Source: Lingula anatina
Lineage: Eukaryota; Animalia; Brachiopoda
Length of the DNA stretch: 64,000 nucleotides
Reading direction: 5' to 3'
NCBI GenBank assembly: GCA_051362555.1
Contig: CM120649.1
Location: 19,544,567-19,608,566 of the forward strand
Of the stretch, positions 60,716 through 64,000 are shown in pieces (positions within the stretch are counted from its first letter, which is position 1; every line of letters begins with the position of its first letter). The notes under the pieces were generated by a model, which saw only the letters and a program-made list of their open reading frames with translations, did not search any database and was not told the DNA's origin. Both the position numbers and the translations under genes were made by a program.

Positions 60716-63471
60716 CTGGAAAAATTTCAAGAGATTTATGTGACATGCAGTTATTGAATGATTTATGTGACACGCAGTTATTGAATGATTTATGTGACAT
60801 GCAGTTATTGAAATGGGCATTCAACCCATCAAAATAACAGGGTATAGTAAAGTGATATTTAAGCGTTCCGACAAAACTTGAAAGGTTAATAAGTTAAAGA
60901 GATTATCTTGATGGGCCATAGTATAGGCTAAGAGTAAAACTCTACAGTCACGACCATATAGCAATATATCTGAACTGAGGAAAAATACTTTTAAATTAAG
61001 TTTTACAAATACTGTTGTAAAAATAAGTAAAGGCGAAACATTCATTGTTACAAAGCACCACACCTACCACACTGACACATTTATCACCACTGTATTCACA
61101 TCACACATGCTTACATCATGGTGTAGTTGGCCTGTCCTCTTCTGCTGGCATGTTTATTCATGGTGTAGCGCCCTATGGTTAGGGGCGGTCTCTTCACTGT
61201 GGCATTCACAGCGACAAATCTAAAAAACAAAAATCTTGAAATGTACAACAAGACTGCAATGGTGCAAGCGTGATAGTATGTGATTATACGAGATAAACTT
61301 GTTCTGAAAGCTCCCATTCCATAGAAATAAGGCAGCTTTTAGCGTGGCCCTCAGTGTTGGCTATAGGTCGGAACATCAGAAAAAAAAAATAAAATGAAAA
61401 AAAAAAATAATAATAATAATTGGTTAGGAAAAAGACTGTAAAGAAAATATTTATTCGAAAAATAAAATGTAACAGGTGGATTTACAACATAAAGCGATAC
61501 TTTCCCAGCTTATTATTAGTTCAGAAAATTTTTTTCAAATCACTTAGTTTAATTCATGAGATGTCTGTTCAGTGCATAAATGATATTAAGATCACATGTT
61601 CCTATCTCCACTTTCCAAAATACTTACCATTCCCACATGCCATCATCTTCACCTCCGACAACACTTACCGTCCTCACATGTTGTCATCTTCACTTCCGAC
61701 AACACTTCCCGTTCCCACATGTCGTCATCTTCACTTCCAACAATACTTACCATCCTCACATGTCGTCATCTTCACTTCCGACAACACTTACCATCCTCAC
61801 ATGTCGTCATCTTCACTTCCGACAACACTTACCGTCCTCACATGTTGTCATCTTCACTTCCGACAACACTTACCGTTCCCACATGTCGTCATCTTCTCCT
61901 CCCCAGCCCCAGAACTGGTTGCTGTACCCGTTGACCGTCACAAAAGTGTTGACTGGAATAGCCAACACTCCTCCCACGAGACCAAGATAAAATAATCTGA
62001 AATACCGTGAAAGATAACAAAAATTAGAAGCAAAAAAGTACTTATGGATGCTTATGATTTTAAATTATATCATGAAGGCATTTAGCTCTTCCTTGTATTG
62101 TTCAAACCTATGAAAAGTAGAAAAAGGAAAGGAAATCCCTATGTGGGAATTGCTGAAATTCAAAGCATTTTGTTTGCTTTGTTAATAAAGGTGTAAGTGT
62201 GTGGATTAAGTTTGCATTAGTTGTGACGCATGACTGTTTCTTTGCAGAAATATTGTGCTTGCTGTGCCCACTGCAATGTTGTTGCCATGGACGTATATGA
62301 TTGTGTTAGTTGAGATTCATTACAACAGCAGACTACAATGTGCATCTTGAACATACTTATAGTGAAACTGGTCCACAGCTGGCGATAGGTGTTTAGGTGA
62401 GGTGTCGTTTCCGCACACGTACATATTGCGGTCATTCTCCAACAACATGTCAACATCGTGGAAGATAACGCAGTCAAACCGGTAAGCCTTTCTACATTCT
62501 AGAAATGCTGCATTCATTATTCTACCTTTGTTAAATATTCCATTTCCGTACTGAAAACAATGTCAGATAATAAATAAAGAAATAAATAAAGTTAATAAGG
62601 CCACACTTTTTTATTTCTATGGATGACATCCTCTGGGGTCCCCGAAATCGGTGCGAGAGGGCAAAAAAAAAAAAAAAAAATGCTGCTTAAGTAAAGGAAT
62701 GCTGTCAGTACACAGCTGGAAACACAAATTTACCACAGAAACATGTATCAAACTAACAATATGTCTTCATCCATGCTCTCAAAATATTAAAGCATTGTGA
62801 ATACTTCGTAGAAAGGTAAAAAAAAAAGTCAGGAATAGACCGGCCCGTAACCAGGGGGTTCGAAAGAACCACCCCTTTTGCTGGGAAAAGGTCCACTCTG
62901 GGTAAAATTTGATCTAGATACATTAAGTTTTTATGGAAAAATGGTCCACTTTTTCAAAAAAAAAAAAAAAAAAAAGAACCTCCCCCTTTTGAAATTGCTG
63001 GCTACGGGTCCATGCCCAATATCAATGGCATAACAATCCAAAACGACGGCCCCGTTCTCTTTATGACTTTATATAATTAATTGTCCTGTAATTTGAAAGT
63101 AATCCTAGAGATGAATTTGAAGGCAAAGCGGCCATATTTCCACGTGGCAGTAATACGCATGCGCAGAAAGCACATTTTCCGGCAAATTCAATAACGACGT
63201 TTGCGACAACCGACTTCGATGGGGGGGGGGGGGGGGGGGGAGATTTTTTTTTTTTTTTTGGAGAACGGACGAAAATCGGTGCGCGCGCAGGATGTCATCC
63301 ATAAAAATAAAAAAGTGTGGCCTAACAATAGATAAATAAATAGTTATCTAGAGTTGAAATCAGTCTGTTGATAAATTAACGGTCCTTTGTAGAATCTTAA
63401 CAACATTCTACCAAGGAATTGTATCGTAGCCTATACTCCCTCTCTCTCTCTCTCTCTCTCGGGCCTATATA

Positions 63472-63530
<59 letters not shown>

Positions 63531-63874
63531 ATAGTCTACGATATAATCCAGGGCCCTGAAGGAATGTTGTTAAAACCTCTAGCAAGCATGACGGTTCACA
63601 TAATTTTTCTTTTCAAAGTCTGTTAATTTTTTAATTCCTACCTGTTCAGTGACCACTACCCTATAATCCAAAAGTTGCCTCTTCAATATGGGATGATAAT
63701 GATGTAGCCACCTCTTGAGGTGATCTAGTCTGTCCCTATAAGGTATAATTATAATCACGCGAGATCTCGCTAAACAGTCACGTGGGGACCAGTGACCTCC
63801 GAGTTCAACATCGTGGTTTTCACCACTAGTTTCTGCCATCCGAACGGGAAACAAGTCAATTTTTAGAGAACCAA
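60580..63874 (-). CDS. GT7 paralog 2, exons 3-7 (exons 1-2 lie beyond the right edge)
   Basis: Exons 63874-63642, 62550-62357, 61996-61874, 61219-61115 and 60715-60580 have the same lengths (233/194/123/105/136) and phases as paralog 1, with an open frame and the same GT7 motifs. Confidence 0.92.
60733..60812. repeat. 27-bp tandem repeat x3
   Basis: GATTTATGTGACAYGCAGTTATTGAAT at 60733, 60760 and 60787. Confidence 0.9.
61115..61219 (-). CDS. GT7 paralog 2 exon 6
   Basis: FVAVNATVKRPPLTIGRYTMNKHASRRGQANYTM. Confidence 0.9.
61605..61896 (-). repeat. 41-bp minisatellite, 7 units, spanning the exon5/intron5 junction of GT7 paralog 2
   Basis: Minus-strand unit GAAGATGACGACATGTGGGAACG|GTAAGTGTTGTCGGAAGT. 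The ACTTACC-type core recurs at 61622, 61663, 61704 (mutated), 61745, 61786, 61827 and 61868. Confidence 0.95.
61874..61996 (-). CDS. GT7 paralog 2 exon 5
   Basis: LFYLGLVGGVLAIPVNTFVTVNGYSNQFWGWGGEDDDMWER|GTAAGT. Confidence 0.92.
62357..62550 (-). CDS. GT7 paralog 2 exon 4
   Basis: YGNGIFNKGRIMNAAF...FHDVD...PAVDQFHYK. Confidence 0.92.
62599..63322. mobile_element. Harbinger/Tourist-like MITE (TAA TSD) with a nested smaller TIR element (~62840-63012)
   Basis: TIRs GGCCACACTTTTTT.ATTTYTATGGATGACATCCT at both ends with TAA flanks; internal GGCCCGTAACCAG...CTGGCTACGGGTC. Confidence 0.82.
63642..63874 (-). CDS. GT7 paralog 2 exon 3
   Basis: VGSLKIDLFPVRM...GGHWSPRDCLARSRVIIIIPYRDR...VVTEQ|GTAGGA. 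Confidence 0.9.
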
Positions 63875-64000
63875 CTGGAATAGGAAATTGACCAGGGACG
63901 TAAATAATAATAATAATAATAATAATTTACGTTTGTTTTGGACATAGGCGTGTCTGTTCGACGTGAGAATCCGTATGTTTTATCTAGAATACTCTTAAAT

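Noticed and set aside
61420-61995. Three overlapping plus-strand repetitive ORFs, and a CRISPR-like look of the array
   Set aside because: They are products of the 41-bp repeat read antisense. There are no unique spacers or cas genes, and the context is a eukaryotic intron.

Overview
This is a eukaryotic, invertebrate-type animal window: AT-rich, with GT-AG introns, many (GA)n/(CA)n microsatellites and mosaic CpG depletion. From left to right it contains: (1) the 5' part of a minus-strand TBC1D24/skywalker-like gene (first coding exon 4436-4118, probable non-coding first exon and promoter at ~19.8-20.2 kb), whose 14-kb intron holds a full-length, very young Mag-type Ty3/Gypsy LTR retrotransposon (12135-17001, 147-bp LTRs 146/147 identical, CATAT TSD); (2) a divergent GT31 beta-1,3-galactosyltransferase-like gene split by a 1-nt frameshift (21694-22742); (3) a ~23-kb region with no convincing coding sequence and several candidate 5' exons; (4) a single-coding-exon secreted, probably GPI-anchored, furin-site-bearing CCDC3/NtA-like protein (46405-47145); (5) two tandem minus-strand GT7 (beta-1,4-Gal/GalNAc-transferase, bre-4-like) paralogs, one complete (7 exons, 332 aa) and one lacking exons 1-2. 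Several MITE families and a nested inverted-repeat/foldback structure are also present. The most unusual signals are a 41-bp tandem array in both GT7 paralogs that copies the catalytic EDDD codons together with the 5' splice site, and non-canonical specificity residues in those enzymes. All calls were made by eye; no alignments or searches were run.
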